Below are positions 37,819 through 47,429 of a stretch of 47,811 bases of DNA, one piece after another. The DNA lies in assembly GCA_029250665.1 (NCBI GenBank), contig JAQXEV010000034.1, forward strand, positions 1 to 47,811. Reading direction: 5' to 3'. A program made the position numbers and the translations under genes. Source of the DNA: Candidatus Thalassarchaeaceae archaeon (GTDB lineage Archaea; Thermoplasmatota; Poseidoniia; Poseidoniales; Thalassarchaeaceae). Within the stretch, counting starts at the first letter, position 1, and each line of letters starts with the position of its first letter. The notes under the pieces were generated by a model. That model did no database searches and was not told where the DNA came from. It saw nothing but the letters and a program-made list of their open reading frames with translations.

Positions 37819-38859
37819 ATGGGGAAAATCAAGGTAGCAATCAACGGATTCGGAACCATTGGTAAGCGTGTAGCTGACGCTGTCGATGCTCAGGACGATA
37901 TGGAAATTGTCGGTGTTACCAAGACCGGCCCTTCGTTTGGCTGCGACCTCGCTGTGAAGAAGGGCTTTCCACTCTACTGCACTTTCGATGATTCGGATCG
38001 AATCGCTTCGTTCGGTGAGCAGGGTTACGATTGCAAGGGCGGAATCTCCGATCTTCTTGCCGCAGCCGATGTAGTAGTCGATTGTGCTCCTGGAAAGATG
38101 GGTGCAGACAATCTCGCGAAGTACAAGGCTGCGGGCATTAAGCATATGTTCCAGGGTGGCGAGAAACACACCCTGACCGGACTGTCATACACCTCGTGCG
38201 CAAACCACGCAGCCAACCTCAATGCCGAGGGTTCTCGAGTCGTCTCATGCAATACCACCGGGCTCTCGCGAACTCTCGTACCACTGTACGACCACTGTGG
38301 CTCGCTCAAAGTCGAGTGCACGATGATCCGCCGAGCCGCCGACCCAGGTGACTCCAAGAAAGGACCGATTAACGCAATCAAGCCTGTTCTGAAGGTGCCT
38401 AGCCACCACGGTCCAGATGTGATGACGGTCAAGCCAGAAATAGAGATTAACTCGCTTGCAGTTGCCGTTCCTACCACTATAATGCACGTCCACTCCATCG
38501 TTGCCGACCTTCCCTCAGGACATGGCCTGACCACCGAGTCTGTCATCGATATGTGGAAGAACCAGCCGCGAGTCATCGTTATGCATGGTGCTGAGAACAG
38601 AATTACTACCACAGCGGAAGTCATGGAGATGGCTCGCGACATCGGCCGTAAGTGGGGGGATTTGCACGAGATCTTCGTTTGGGAGGATGGAGTGAAACTT
38701 GTTGGCGATCGCCTCTACTACTTCCAAGCCATTCATCAAGAGAGCGATGTCATCCCCGAGAATGTCGATTGTATCCGCGCCCTGATGGGGACTGAAACCG
38801 ATTGGCGTGCATCGGTTGCGAAGACCGATGCTGCCATCGATGCTTACTACGGATTGTGA
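37819..38859 (+). CDS. gap: Archaeal type II glyceraldehyde-3-phosphate dehydrogenase
   Basis: NGFGTIGKRVADA, FQGGEK, RVVSCNTTGL, RRAADP, PSHHGPDV and QAIHQES motifs. Confidence 0.97.
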   Translation: MGKIKVAINGFGTIGKRVADAVDAQDDMEIVGVTKTGPSFGCDLAVKKGFPLYCTFDDSDRIASFGEQGYDCKGGISDLLAAADVVVDCAPGKMGADNLAKYKAAGIKHMFQGGEKHTLTGLSYTSCANHAANLNAEGSRVVSCNTTGLSRTLVPLYDHCGSLKVECTMIRRAADPGDSKKGPINAIKPVLKVPSHHGPDVMTVKPEIEINSLAVAVPTTIMHVHSIVADLPSGHGLTTESVIDMWKNQPRVIVMHGAENRITTTAEVMEMARDIGRKWGDLHEIFVWEDGVKLVGDRLYYFQAIHQESDVIPENVDCIRALMGTETDWRASVAKTDAAIDAYYGL

Positions 38860-38898
38860 GCGCTCTAGAGTTCCTCTATCACCACTTGATTCTAGTTC

Positions 38899-38938
38899 CA
38901 AAATCACCCGGAATTTTTCGTTCTGAGAGGTGATTTTG
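38899..38938 (+). terminator. Stem-loop downstream of gap
   Basis: CAAAATCACC (38899-38908) pairs with GGTGATTTTG (38929-38938), with inner CGGAA/TTCTG pairing, followed by TGATTTT. Confidence 0.4.
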
Positions 38939-38951
38939 AGTGATTTTCATC

Positions 38952-38970
38952 GATTGACCTATGGTCAATC
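38952..38970. promoter_or_regulatory. Perfect 8-3-8 palindrome upstream of the large S8 protease
   Basis: GATTGACC-TAT-GGTCAATC, 11 nt before TATA-like TCAAAAG (38982-38988). Confidence 0.55.
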
Positions 38971-39010
38971 AACATGAACGGTCAAAAGCCCCTCAAGGTT
39001 CCGTGTACCC

Positions 39011-42000
39011 ATGAATGACCGCCGCTTGGTACTCATGACTCTAGTCATGCTTGTATTGAGCGGTTGGTCAACGGGAATAGCATCAGCGTCGGCAACCGAA
39101 GAGGCTAGTACTACTCAGTACGCCGAATATCCGAGTGAAGAAGCACTTTTCCAAGCGTTTTCAATAGTTCATGAATCAACACATGAATTACGCCGATCTA
39201 GTGGTTTTATCCACTCCCCTTATGGCACATTTGACCCGGTGGAGCAGCCGATTCCACTCGGACCAGAGAATCTCTTCGATTTAGCCGCTCTAGAAAGGAC
39301 TCGATTTGCCCTCGTTCAATCGACTTCAGCCGACTTGACTGGATTAAGTCAGACGTTGTCTGAACTCGGTATGGTAATCATCGAGACCATTCCTGACGAT
39401 ACCTTCCTCATTCGAATTCCAATGCAATTCGATGCCTCAACTACCCTCAGTGAACTCAGCAATCTCGACGAGGTTCGATGGGCTGGTCATTTACCAATAG
39501 CTTGGCGAGTAAGTCCGGAAGTTGCGGTACTCGCAGGAAGGGAGTCGATAACGGTGGATCTCGACTTGACACCGACTCCAGATCTCACTCAGGCCGAGCT
39601 TCAAAGTTTGCAAGCAGACCTGATATCTATTTCCGGTGAAATCGGCCCTCGATCGGTTTGCGATGCCCATCTTTGCCAACCACGGGCGGTTAACGCCCTC
39701 TGGTTGCCGATTCTAGCAATGGATGGAAGAATACTCCACATTCACGAGGCCTCAAGAATTACCATTCACAACTCAGTTGCCAGTGATGTCTCAGGAATCA
39801 GCCAAGCACTAATCGACTCGGGAAATACGCTCAACGGTAGCGGCGAAGTCATCGCTATATCAGACACTGGACTCGATGCGGACCACGGAGATTTCGAGGG
39901 GCGGATCCGTGGGATTTACCACCAATTCGGACCTGATAATTCTGCCCTTGATCGAAACTCAGGTCACGGGACTCACGTCGCTGCGACTCTCTTGGGTGAT
40001 GGCTCTGGCGACATGTCCGCTCTGGGAATGGTTCCAGCTGCCTCGTTCCACTTCTACCAACTCGAGGTCGATTCTTCGGGTTTACTTGCTCGATGGGGTT
40101 CATTGTATGACATGTTCACTCACTCTTGGCAGAATTCTGCTCGAATCCAAACCAACTCGTGGGGCAATGATAATCTCGCAGGTCAGTACAGTTCTGATTC
40201 TCGCTCTGCCGACAGCTTCATCTTCGATAATCCGCGATTCCTCGTTCTCTTCTCCGCTGGCGACTTGGGTGCGGATGGTTCCAATACCGTGACCCCACCC
40301 GGATCCGCCAAGAACGTCCTGACTATCGGTGCCTCGACAACTGGTGCAGCAGGCTCGGACCCTGCCGGTAGTGTCTCAGACTTCTCATCGATAGGCACGA
40401 CGCTTGATGGCCGAATCAAACCGGATTTGGTTGCACCGGGAGTCATGCTCTGTTCGGCGCAAGCCGAGGAGGCAGAGAGTGCGCAGGGTGAATCTTGTTC
40501 CAGCTCGACCCACGACGATGGAGTGACTCCTCTGTACATGACTCTGAACGGCTCATCGATGGCCACAGCTGTCGCAGCGGGCGGGGTAGCGATGGTCCGG
40601 CAACATCTCAGGACTGTAGAGGGAATTACAGAACCACGCTCAGACCTGCTCAAGGCACTTCTGATCAACGGAGCCGAAGACCTCGGCACAGAAAATGTCC
40701 CTAACCCATCCGAGGGCTGGGGGCAAATCGACGTGGCGAATTCGATTTCTCCATCTCATGACGGAACAGACCTCGACCTATTCTACGATGATTCGAGAGA
40801 ACTCGACCCGGCTCACAGCTTCGTCTATACTTTCACTGTTGATTCAACAACCGATCTCGACATTACCCTTGCTTGGGTAGATTCTGAAGCATCAACTATC
40901 TCTAATCACACAGCCTCCAAATTAGTCAACGACCTCGATCTTTCGGCGACTGCACCCGACGGCACCGTCTATCTTGGCAATGTATTCACCAGTGGTTACT
41001 CAACAATTGGAGGTGCCCCCGACCGACTGAATAATGTCGAACGAATCAAAGTTCCAGCGGGAGACAGTGGCCTTTGGACGATTACAATCGGTCACGCAGG
41101 AGGCATGTCCCAAGGCTTCTCATTAGTCGCTACAGGTCTGTTAGCGGAGGAGAATACCGCAGACCTCGCCGTTTTCGAGGGATCACTCTCGACTTCGATA
41201 CTCGCTCCACTGCAAGGCGACACAATCCTCGTCGAAGCCGCATGGCGTAACCAAGCAGGCCAAGCCAGCGGGGCCTACACAATAGAGGTTGAAGACCTGA
41301 CCGAGGGCACCATTCTCTACACCTCCGATAGGGCTTCTCTAGCCGGAGGTGCAACCACCTCGCTATCATTCCCGCACGTCTTCCAGACGACGGGAGATCA
41401 CATCCTCGAACTCCGGCTCGACACCGGTGATTCGGTCACGGAACTCAACGATGAGACAAACGGTCTAGACAATAACAGATACCAATTGACCGTGGAAATC
41501 TCTCAAATCGGAGTGCGAATCACTCCTCTGATGGAAGATGGTTCTTTACCTGAATCTCCTCTTGAACTTGAGCAAGCAATGACTCGTACCCTCGACCCGA
41601 GCACAGGCAGCATAATCACCTACGAATTCCAACTGAAGAATGAGGGTACATCCGAAGTGACGGTTGGATTGTCGGTCACTCCTCTCCAAAGAATTGACGA
41701 GAATGGTATTCTACAGGCACCAAAAGATGAGTGGTGGAAACTGCTCAATGAGTCTGCACCATGGGATCTTGCAGCCTTCGGAGAAGAAGGTGATTCAACG
41801 ATAGTCACTCTAACTCTCGAAGATGTCGACGCAGACCTGACTAATCCATCAGGGGCTCGATATGCTCTACCAGGAACGTTCGTCAACAATTTGAACCTCT
41901 TCGATAAGAACGCCCCGACGATTTCTCATACAATCAGAATTACATCAGTCGTCGAGAGAATCGAAGGCCTCTACACAATCCTCGCTGGAACTGGAGACGA

Positions 42001-43798
42001 CCTTGGGGCGAAGCCGGGTCAAACAGCAACATTCTCACTTTCAATCAGGAATACAGGTAACGGAGACACTCAGTATTCTGTTAGCTGTTCGAGCCCGAAT
42101 CAGTGGATTGTTCAAGTAGGTGCCACTCAATCCTCTTCGATTGTCCTCGATCCTCTGAGCCGACTGCAATTCCTACCTCTACCGATTCACGTCCAAGTTC
42201 CTTCTGCGCAAGGCGGTTCTCCGGCCGCTGGGTTAACGGAGGATGTCAGTTGTGTAACGACATCGATTCAGGATTCGAGTGTTTCTGCAACAGATCTTGC
42301 GACCGTGAATGTCTTTGAGAGTCTCGATTTCACGGTCGACCTCATCAATGAAGATGGTGTAATTCTTGGAGCCTTGGCATTAGCTGAGGATAGGGCCGTT
42401 TTGAACGGCGAACTTTCTGAGACGACAGTGTTAGTATCGAACGATGGCAATGTACCTATGGATTTCACGATAACAGTCAGTTCCTCACTCAATACCTGGG
42501 CAGCACAATTCGTTCTAGGCGGGGAAGAATTCATTGGTGAACTTGATTTCTCAATCCCAGCCGGAGACACGGAAACAATCACGCTTCAGATGATGGTTCC
42601 AATGAACGCAGAGATGAATACTCGCAACACACTCACACTGAGAACTACTCTGATTGGCAGCGAAATGGTGACCAATGGAACGCGATTCATCGTACAGGAA
42701 ATCGCTTCTCTCGAGACGTCAGATAATCCCCAAATATCGGTCTCTCTTGGGCAGACCGGTACAGCCGATGTATGGATCAGAAACGCTGGTAATGTGCCAC
42801 TGACTCTGACTTGGAGCATCGGTAGCCTCCCTCATGGTTGGGTCGGTGGATTCCAATCGATTATCCCTACCTCGCTCGACATGAATAGGGAGGCTCTGGT
42901 TACTGTTGGTTTGGACGTGCCTGGCAACTTACACGTCGGCCTCACCGACGGAATTGTCCCGGTTATTGTTGAGGCGGTCACTCCAGGGATGGAAACGGTG
43001 ATTCACACCTTCGAACTCGAAGTCGAAATTGTTCCGTCGATCTGGGTTGTGATGACTACCGAAGATATGACCCTGAACGACATTAGTTCCGGGTCATCTG
43101 GCTCATTCAGGATTCTTGTTGAGAATCTTGGAAATTCGGATTCGGGATTCACATTCGAGACTAGTTCATTGGCTGATTGGAGCTTCAATATCAATCCGAC
43201 CTCAGTCGAGATGATTCCAGCGGCTGGTTCAATCGAGATTATTGTCAGAGCGACTCCATCATCGTCTGCTTCTCTTGGACTCACGAGTTTCGTCCTCTGG
43301 GCGAATTCGACCGACGACGGCTCATCGAATTCCATTACCAACGAAGAGTTGGAGCTAGAAATTTCTCGCGCGCGCGATGATTCTTGCAGCGGTATCGGTT
43401 GTCTGATGGTCCAATTGGGTCTACCAAAATGGTCACTCGCGCTAATCTTCCTTGTCGTTCTCGCAGGTGTTGGTGTGACTCTAGTTCGCATGCGTCGTGA
43501 GTCGGCAGCGGCCATGAGTCCGGATGAAGAATTGATTCCGGTTGGATCTGCGCTCCATTCTGGATCGCAGGTCGAGCGCCGAGAGATGGCATTGGAGACG
43601 AGTTCAGCAGGAGAGGTTCTGAGCAAGAATGTCAGTGATGACGAGATTTCGAACGTGTTGGCCTCAAGCTTGCCTAAACTATCTCTGCCACCCGTTCCAC
43701 CCGGTGCAATGCCTCTACCACCGAGTGGCCTGCCAGATGGTTGGACGATGGACCAGTGGGTCGCATACGGTCATATCTGGCATGAGCAGAACAAGTGA
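39011..43798 (+). CDS. Large membrane-anchored S8 serine peptidase (KP-43-like) with CARDB/Ig-like repeats
   Basis: Signal peptide and pro-region; ISDTG, GHGTHVA, AKNVLTIGA, DGRIKPDLVAPG, NGSSMA, VNDLDL and NNVE motifs; CARDB ELNDETN; NxG[ND] Ig repeats; TM; Pro/Trp tail. Confidence 0.92.
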   Translation: MNDRRLVLMTLVMLVLSGWSTGIASASATEEASTTQYAEYPSEEALFQAFSIVHESTHELRRSSGFIHSPYGTFDPVEQPIPLGPENLFDLAALERTRFALVQSTSADLTGLSQTLSELGMVIIETIPDDTFLIRIPMQFDASTTLSELSNLDEVRWAGHLPIAWRVSPEVAVLAGRESITVDLDLTPTPDLTQAELQSLQADLISISGEIGPRSVCDAHLCQPRAVNALWLPILAMDGRILHIHEASRITIHNSVASDVSGISQALIDSGNTLNGSGEVIAISDTGLDADHGDFEGRIRGIYHQFGPDNSALDRNSGHGTHVAATLLGDGSGDMSALGMVPAASFHFYQLEVDSSGLLARWGSLYDMFTHSWQNSARIQTNSWGNDNLAGQYSSDSRSADSFIFDNPRFLVLFSAGDLGADGSNTVTPPGSAKNVLTIGASTTGAAGSDPAGSVSDFSSIGTTLDGRIKPDLVAPGVMLCSAQAEEAESAQGESCSSSTHDDGVTPLYMTLNGSSMATAVAAGGVAMVRQHLRTVEGITEPRSDLLKALLINGAEDLGTENVPNPSEGWGQIDVANSISPSHDGTDLDLFYDDSRELDPAHSFVYTFTVDSTTDLDITLAWVDSEASTISNHTASKLVNDLDLSATAPDGTVYLGNVFTSGYSTIGGAPDRLNNVERIKVPAGDSGLWTITIGHAGGMSQGFSLVATGLLAEENTADLAVFEGSLSTSILAPLQGDTILVEAAWRNQAGQASGAYTIEVEDLTEGTILYTSDRASLAGGATTSLSFPHVFQTTGDHILELRLDTGDSVTELNDETNGLDNNRYQLTVEISQIGVRITPLMEDGSLPESPLELEQAMTRTLDPSTGSIITYEFQLKNEGTSEVTVGLSVTPLQRIDENGILQAPKDEWWKLLNESAPWDLAAFGEEGDSTIVTLTLEDVDADLTNPSGARYALPGTFVNNLNLFDKNAPTISHTIRITSVVERIEGLYTILAGTGDDLGAKPGQTATFSLSIRNTGNGDTQYSVSCSSPNQWIVQVGATQSSSIVLDPLSRLQFLPLPIHVQVPSAQGGSPAAGLTEDVSCVTTSIQDSSVSATDLATVNVFESLDFTVDLINEDGVILGALALAEDRAVLNGELSETTVLVSNDGNVPMDFTITVSSSLNTWAAQFVLGGEEFIGELDFSIPAGDTETITLQMMVPMNAEMNTRNTLTLRTTLIGSEMVTNGTRFIVQEIASLETSDNPQISVSLGQTGTADVWIRNAGNVPLTLTWSIGSLPHGWVGGFQSIIPTSLDMNREALVTVGLDVPGNLHVGLTDGIVPVIVEAVTPGMETVIHTFELEVEIVPSIWVVMTTEDMTLNDISSGSSGSFRILVENLGNSDSGFTFETSSLADWSFNINPTSVEMIPAAGSIEIIVRATPSSSASLGLTSFVLWANSTDDGSSNSITNEELELEISRARDDSCSGIGCLMVQLGLPKWSLALIFLVVLAGVGVTLVRMRRESAAAMSPDEELIPVGSALHSGSQVERREMALETSSAGEVLSKNVSDDEISNVLASSLPKLSLPPVPPGAMPLPPSGLPDGWTMDQWVAYGHIWHEQNK

Positions 43799-43842
43799 AC
43801 TAACTCAGGGTCTGCCTTAAGACCGCGAGACGGCTGGCGTGT

Positions 43843-44472
43843 ATGATGGTAGGATCGATAGTTCTCTTCGGGCCTCCAGGGGCGGGCAAAGGCACCCAAG
43901 CGGGTCGTATCGTCGATCTCACAGGTAAGCCTCAGGTATCCACAGGAGACATGCTTCGATCGGCTGTCAAGGCAGGTTCTCCTATGGGGATGGCCGCGAA
44001 GAAATTCATGGATGCTGGTCTACTCGTTCCCGATGAGGTAATCATCGGCCTGATAGAGGAGAGATTGCAGGAGGATGACGCTGACTCCGGCGTCCTATTC
44101 GATGGCTTTCCAAGAACGATTCCTCAGGCCGAATCTCTTGAGAGGATTGCCGATGTCACTTCGGTAATTTCGATTGAGGTTCCTGACGACGCAATAGTCG
44201 AGCGAATCGTCGGGCGTAGAATGGATCCTGAGACGGGCGAAATCTACCATGTCACTTTCAAACCGGCTCCCACTGAGATCGAATCTAGGCTCATCCAGCG
44301 TCCTGATGATAACGAGGATACAGTTCGAGCCAGGCTCGAGGCTTATCACACACAGACCGCTCCACTTGCGGATTGGTATGCTGAACGTGGCTTGCTAATC
44401 AGCATCGATGGAAATGCTTCCATCGAAGAGGTCGGCTCCTCTGTCGAGGCCGCCGTAAGAACCAACGATTGA
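43843..44472 (+). CDS. adk: Adenylate kinase (bacterial-type Adk family)
   Basis: GPPGAGKGTQ, STGDMLR, LVPDEV, FDGFPRT and QRPDDNE motifs. Confidence 0.96.
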   Translation: MMVGSIVLFGPPGAGKGTQAGRIVDLTGKPQVSTGDMLRSAVKAGSPMGMAAKKFMDAGLLVPDEVIIGLIEERLQEDDADSGVLFDGFPRTIPQAESLERIADVTSVISIEVPDDAIVERIVGRRMDPETGEIYHVTFKPAPTEIESRLIQRPDDNEDTVRARLEAYHTQTAPLADWYAERGLLISIDGNASIEEVGSSVEAAVRTND

Positions 44473-44481
44473 GGTGATTGA

Positions 44482-44808
44482 ATGGCAGGTCGCAGAAAGG
44501 GTCGTGATGCCGCCTCACGCCGAAAGAGGGCGGAGAAAGCCGTCGATCATCTCGCTTCATTAATCGACGGCTCAAACTCATCAAATCAAACTCTAGGCGA
44601 CTCAGCAGCTCGTGACCTCTTGAGAACCACCAAGCGACACGGTGTCCGCGCGCCCGCTGAACTCAGAAGCAAAATTTGCAGAACATGTCAGCAGACATTG
44701 GTCCCTGGTCGTAACGCTCGCGTTAGAATTGAATCTCGAGTGCGGAAAACGACTTGCCTCGATTGTGGTAGAGTCATCCGCACTAAACTCACAGTGGAGG
44801 GTGAATGA
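44482..44808 (+). CDS. rnp4: RNase P protein component 4 (Rpp21)
   Basis: ICRTCQQTLVPGRNARVRI...CLDCG zinc motif; SD GAGGTGA; adjacent to yhbY. Confidence 0.88.
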   Translation: MAGRRKGRDAASRRKRAEKAVDHLASLIDGSNSSNQTLGDSAARDLLRTTKRHGVRAPAELRSKICRTCQQTLVPGRNARVRIESRVRKTTCLDCGRVIRTKLTVEGE

Positions 44809-45080
44809 TGTCGTCGATTCCAAAGCGCATTAAGCGGCAGGCTATGGATAGCGATCTCATTATCTCAGTCAGGATAGGTAGGAATGGTTTGACCGAGTCT
44901 CTAGTCCAGGACATGCACGACCAATTGAGCAAACGTGGCCTTGTCAAGGTCAAAGCGAACAGAGGTATTGTCGAGGGCTCTGAAGAGCGCCTGGGGCTAT
45001 TTGGCGCAATAGCAGAGAGTACCAATTCACAAGTTGTTTTCCAGCGAGGAAATGTAGCGGTATTCTGGTCTGGCGAATGA
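44805..45080 (+). CDS. yhbY: YhbY/CRM RNA-binding protein
   Basis: VRIGRNGLT, LVKVK and QRGNVAVF motifs; overlaps the rnp4 stop (ATGA). Confidence 0.88.
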   Translation: MMSSIPKRIKRQAMDSDLIISVRIGRNGLTESLVQDMHDQLSKRGLVKVKANRGIVEGSEERLGLFGAIAESTNSQVVFQRGNVAVFWSGE

Positions 45081-45151
45081 GGTCCAATCCTCAATGATTT
45101 CGGGCTTCTTTGATAGTGAGTTATTTAGACACATCAAAGGTCGGCGATTCA

Positions 45152-46570
45152 ATGATTACCGATGCCCAGGTCGTTCTCGCGATCTTCGTTCTCTCTTTCG
45201 CCTTGATTTTGTCTGAGGTGGTGCATCGTACAATCGCTGCCTGGTTTGGTTCCGTTCTGATGCTTCTCTACGGTCATGCGACCGGTATCTTCCACCTCCA
45301 CGAGGTCTACGATAACGCTGGTGAGGTGGTCAAAACATATACTCTAGAACACACGATGCTTGGTTGGATAGAGTTCGAGGTAATCGGGCTACTGCTTGGT
45401 ATGATGATCTTTGCATCAATTCTCGAACTCTGTGGTTTCTTCGAATATGTTGCTATCAAGGCCTCAAAGATGAGTGGTGGAGATCCCTGGAAACTCATCG
45501 TGCTTCTAGGTACTTTCACAACACTAATCTCATTGGTTATAGACAACGTCACTGCGATTATTATTATCGCACCCGTGACGTTGAGAATCTGCAATAAGTT
45601 GGAGATTAATCCAGTGCCTCCACTTCTGGCCGAAGCCATTCTCTCAGATACTGGCGGAGTGGCTTCGATGGTCGGCGACCCACCAAATGTGATGATTGCC
45701 GCACAGGCTCACGGAATGCCCGAGATTGCCGACTCGTTCGGCTTCAATGGCTTCCTATTCCGCCTTGGCATACTGACCCTAATCGCTTGGATTGCTACCT
45801 TGAGTTACTTCCGCTGGTATTACCGAGAATGGTCACAGCAGAAGCCCCCGCACGTTGACCTGCTAATGGAAGAGGACGAGTGGGACGCAATCACAGACAA
45901 GAGGCTGATGACCTCCACTCTGGTTCTCCTCGGCCTAACCGTCGTGATGTTCTCCGCCAAGGAGTTCCTGCACCTAGACATCGAGATTCATGCCATCGCT
46001 ATGGGTGGTGCTGGATTTGCTCTGATTGCAGCACGCCCACATGAAGAGGAATTGCGCGAGGGTTTCATCAACGACGTCGTTGACAAGGTCGAATGGCAAG
46101 CACTGTTGTTCTTCGCCGGCCTATTTCTATTGGTCGGCGCAGTCGGTGATGTGGGCTATCTTGAAAAATTGGCGAATTGGATCTTCGACAACTTCGGCTC
46201 CGACGAGGTTCTTCTCGCCGTCGCCATCATCTGGGTGTCGGCTTTCGCTAGCGCTCTGATTGACAACATCCCATTCACTGCGGCGATGATACCGGTCATT
46301 GTTAGCATCACTGAGGCAAGCGAGGCCACCGGAAATCCAATTTCCGCAGCCCCGCTTTTCTGGGCACTAGCGATGGGTGCTGGTTTCGGTGGTAATGCAA
46401 CTCCTATCGGATCTAGTGCGAATGTGATGGCTGTGGCTATCAGCGAGCGCGGCCCATATCCAATCACCACCAAGGAATGGATACGAGCTGGATTACCTGT
46501 TATGTTCATCACTTGTATCGTGGCGACGATTTTCATGATTGTATTCCACGGAACTTTGTACTCCTCCTAA
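45152..46570 (+). CDS. ArsB/NhaD-family (P-protein-like) ion transporter
   Basis: Many TMs; DNVTAI, VGDPPN, IDNIPF and GGNATPIGSSAN motifs. TTATTTAG lies 23 nt before ATG 45152. Confidence 0.9.
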   Translation: MITDAQVVLAIFVLSFALILSEVVHRTIAAWFGSVLMLLYGHATGIFHLHEVYDNAGEVVKTYTLEHTMLGWIEFEVIGLLLGMMIFASILELCGFFEYVAIKASKMSGGDPWKLIVLLGTFTTLISLVIDNVTAIIIIAPVTLRICNKLEINPVPPLLAEAILSDTGGVASMVGDPPNVMIAAQAHGMPEIADSFGFNGFLFRLGILTLIAWIATLSYFRWYYREWSQQKPPHVDLLMEEDEWDAITDKRLMTSTLVLLGLTVVMFSAKEFLHLDIEIHAIAMGGAGFALIAARPHEEELREGFINDVVDKVEWQALLFFAGLFLLVGAVGDVGYLEKLANWIFDNFGSDEVLLAVAIIWVSAFASALIDNIPFTAAMIPVIVSITEASEATGNPISAAPLFWALAMGAGFGGNATPIGSSANVMAVAISERGPYPITTKEWIRAGLPVMFITCIVATIFMIVFHGTLYSS

Positions 46571-46662
46571 ATGAGTTCAAGCATCCGCTTTGACCGTTGA
46601 ATGTACCAAGTCATCCGTCCTAACCAACGGCTAGCCGCACATGGCTGCGACAGCATCAAGCG

Positions 46663-47169
46663 ATGATGACTCGGGCAAGGGGCATGCTTTCTTGTCCTGT
46701 GTGCCACATGGTGCTCAGCACGGCGGGAAACTGTTCACTCTGCGGCAGCGCAGTTCAGGGCGACGGACCACTAGAGTCGCCTAGCACCGCTACTCCAGAA
46801 GTGGGTATTCCATTTGGTCTCGGGGAGTCTACACAGAGCGAGGAGTTGAAGCATCTACCCTTTGGAATCGAAGATGCCCCAGAATCATCCCCTCAGAGCA
46901 TCCAGGCGTCCGGCGACTCCTCTCCGAGGCCAGACCTACCCTTCGGAATCGATGACGCCCCAGATGCCTCTGGAGCATCATCTTTGGAAACCGAAGCGGA
47001 GGAAGATGCCCAGATCGAACCTAATTCCAAACCTTTACTCTTCGGCCTAGATGACGCACCATCAGAAAACAACCAGAATTCCGAAGAAAAGGCACCTGCG
47101 GAGAGTCGAAATCCGTCCATAGAATTGCCCTATGGAATAGACCATATGCATCATACCCCTATCGATTGA
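46663..47169 (+). CDS. Hypothetical protein: N-terminal Zn ribbon plus five LP[FY]G[IL]DDAP-like repeats in a disordered region
   Basis: CPVC...CSLCG, followed by IPFGLGES, LPFGIEDAP, LPFGIDDAP, LLFGLDDAP and LPYGIDHM. Confidence 0.75.
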   Translation: MMTRARGMLSCPVCHMVLSTAGNCSLCGSAVQGDGPLESPSTATPEVGIPFGLGESTQSEELKHLPFGIEDAPESSPQSIQASGDSSPRPDLPFGIDDAPDASGASSLETEAEEDAQIEPNSKPLLFGLDDAPSENNQNSEEKAPAESRNPSIELPYGIDHMHHTPID

Positions 47170-47224
47170 CCGAATCCGGCTCTCAATACCGCGTTCTCGA
47201 CCCACCTTTGGCGACCCGCGTACT

Positions 47225-47429
47225 TCATATAGCGAAGGTAGGTCGCACGCCTGCTTTTGGTGCACCCTTGTATGGGCACATACAGGGGGAAGTGGTCGAG
47301 AACGTTCCGCCCTGCGGGGAGACGGAGTGTTCTGAGAGACCAGATAGAATCGATATGCCTGGACACCAGAGGAGACGACTGAACATGTGTTCAGTCCTCA
47401 CAAAAAATAGTGGGTATGTAGAAATAAAA
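47225..47429 (+). promoter_or_regulatory. Putative 23S rRNA promoter and structured 5' leader
   Basis: TATA-like TTCATATA at about 47224-47231; hairpins at 47265-47288, 47293-47342 and 47377-47396. Confidence 0.55.
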
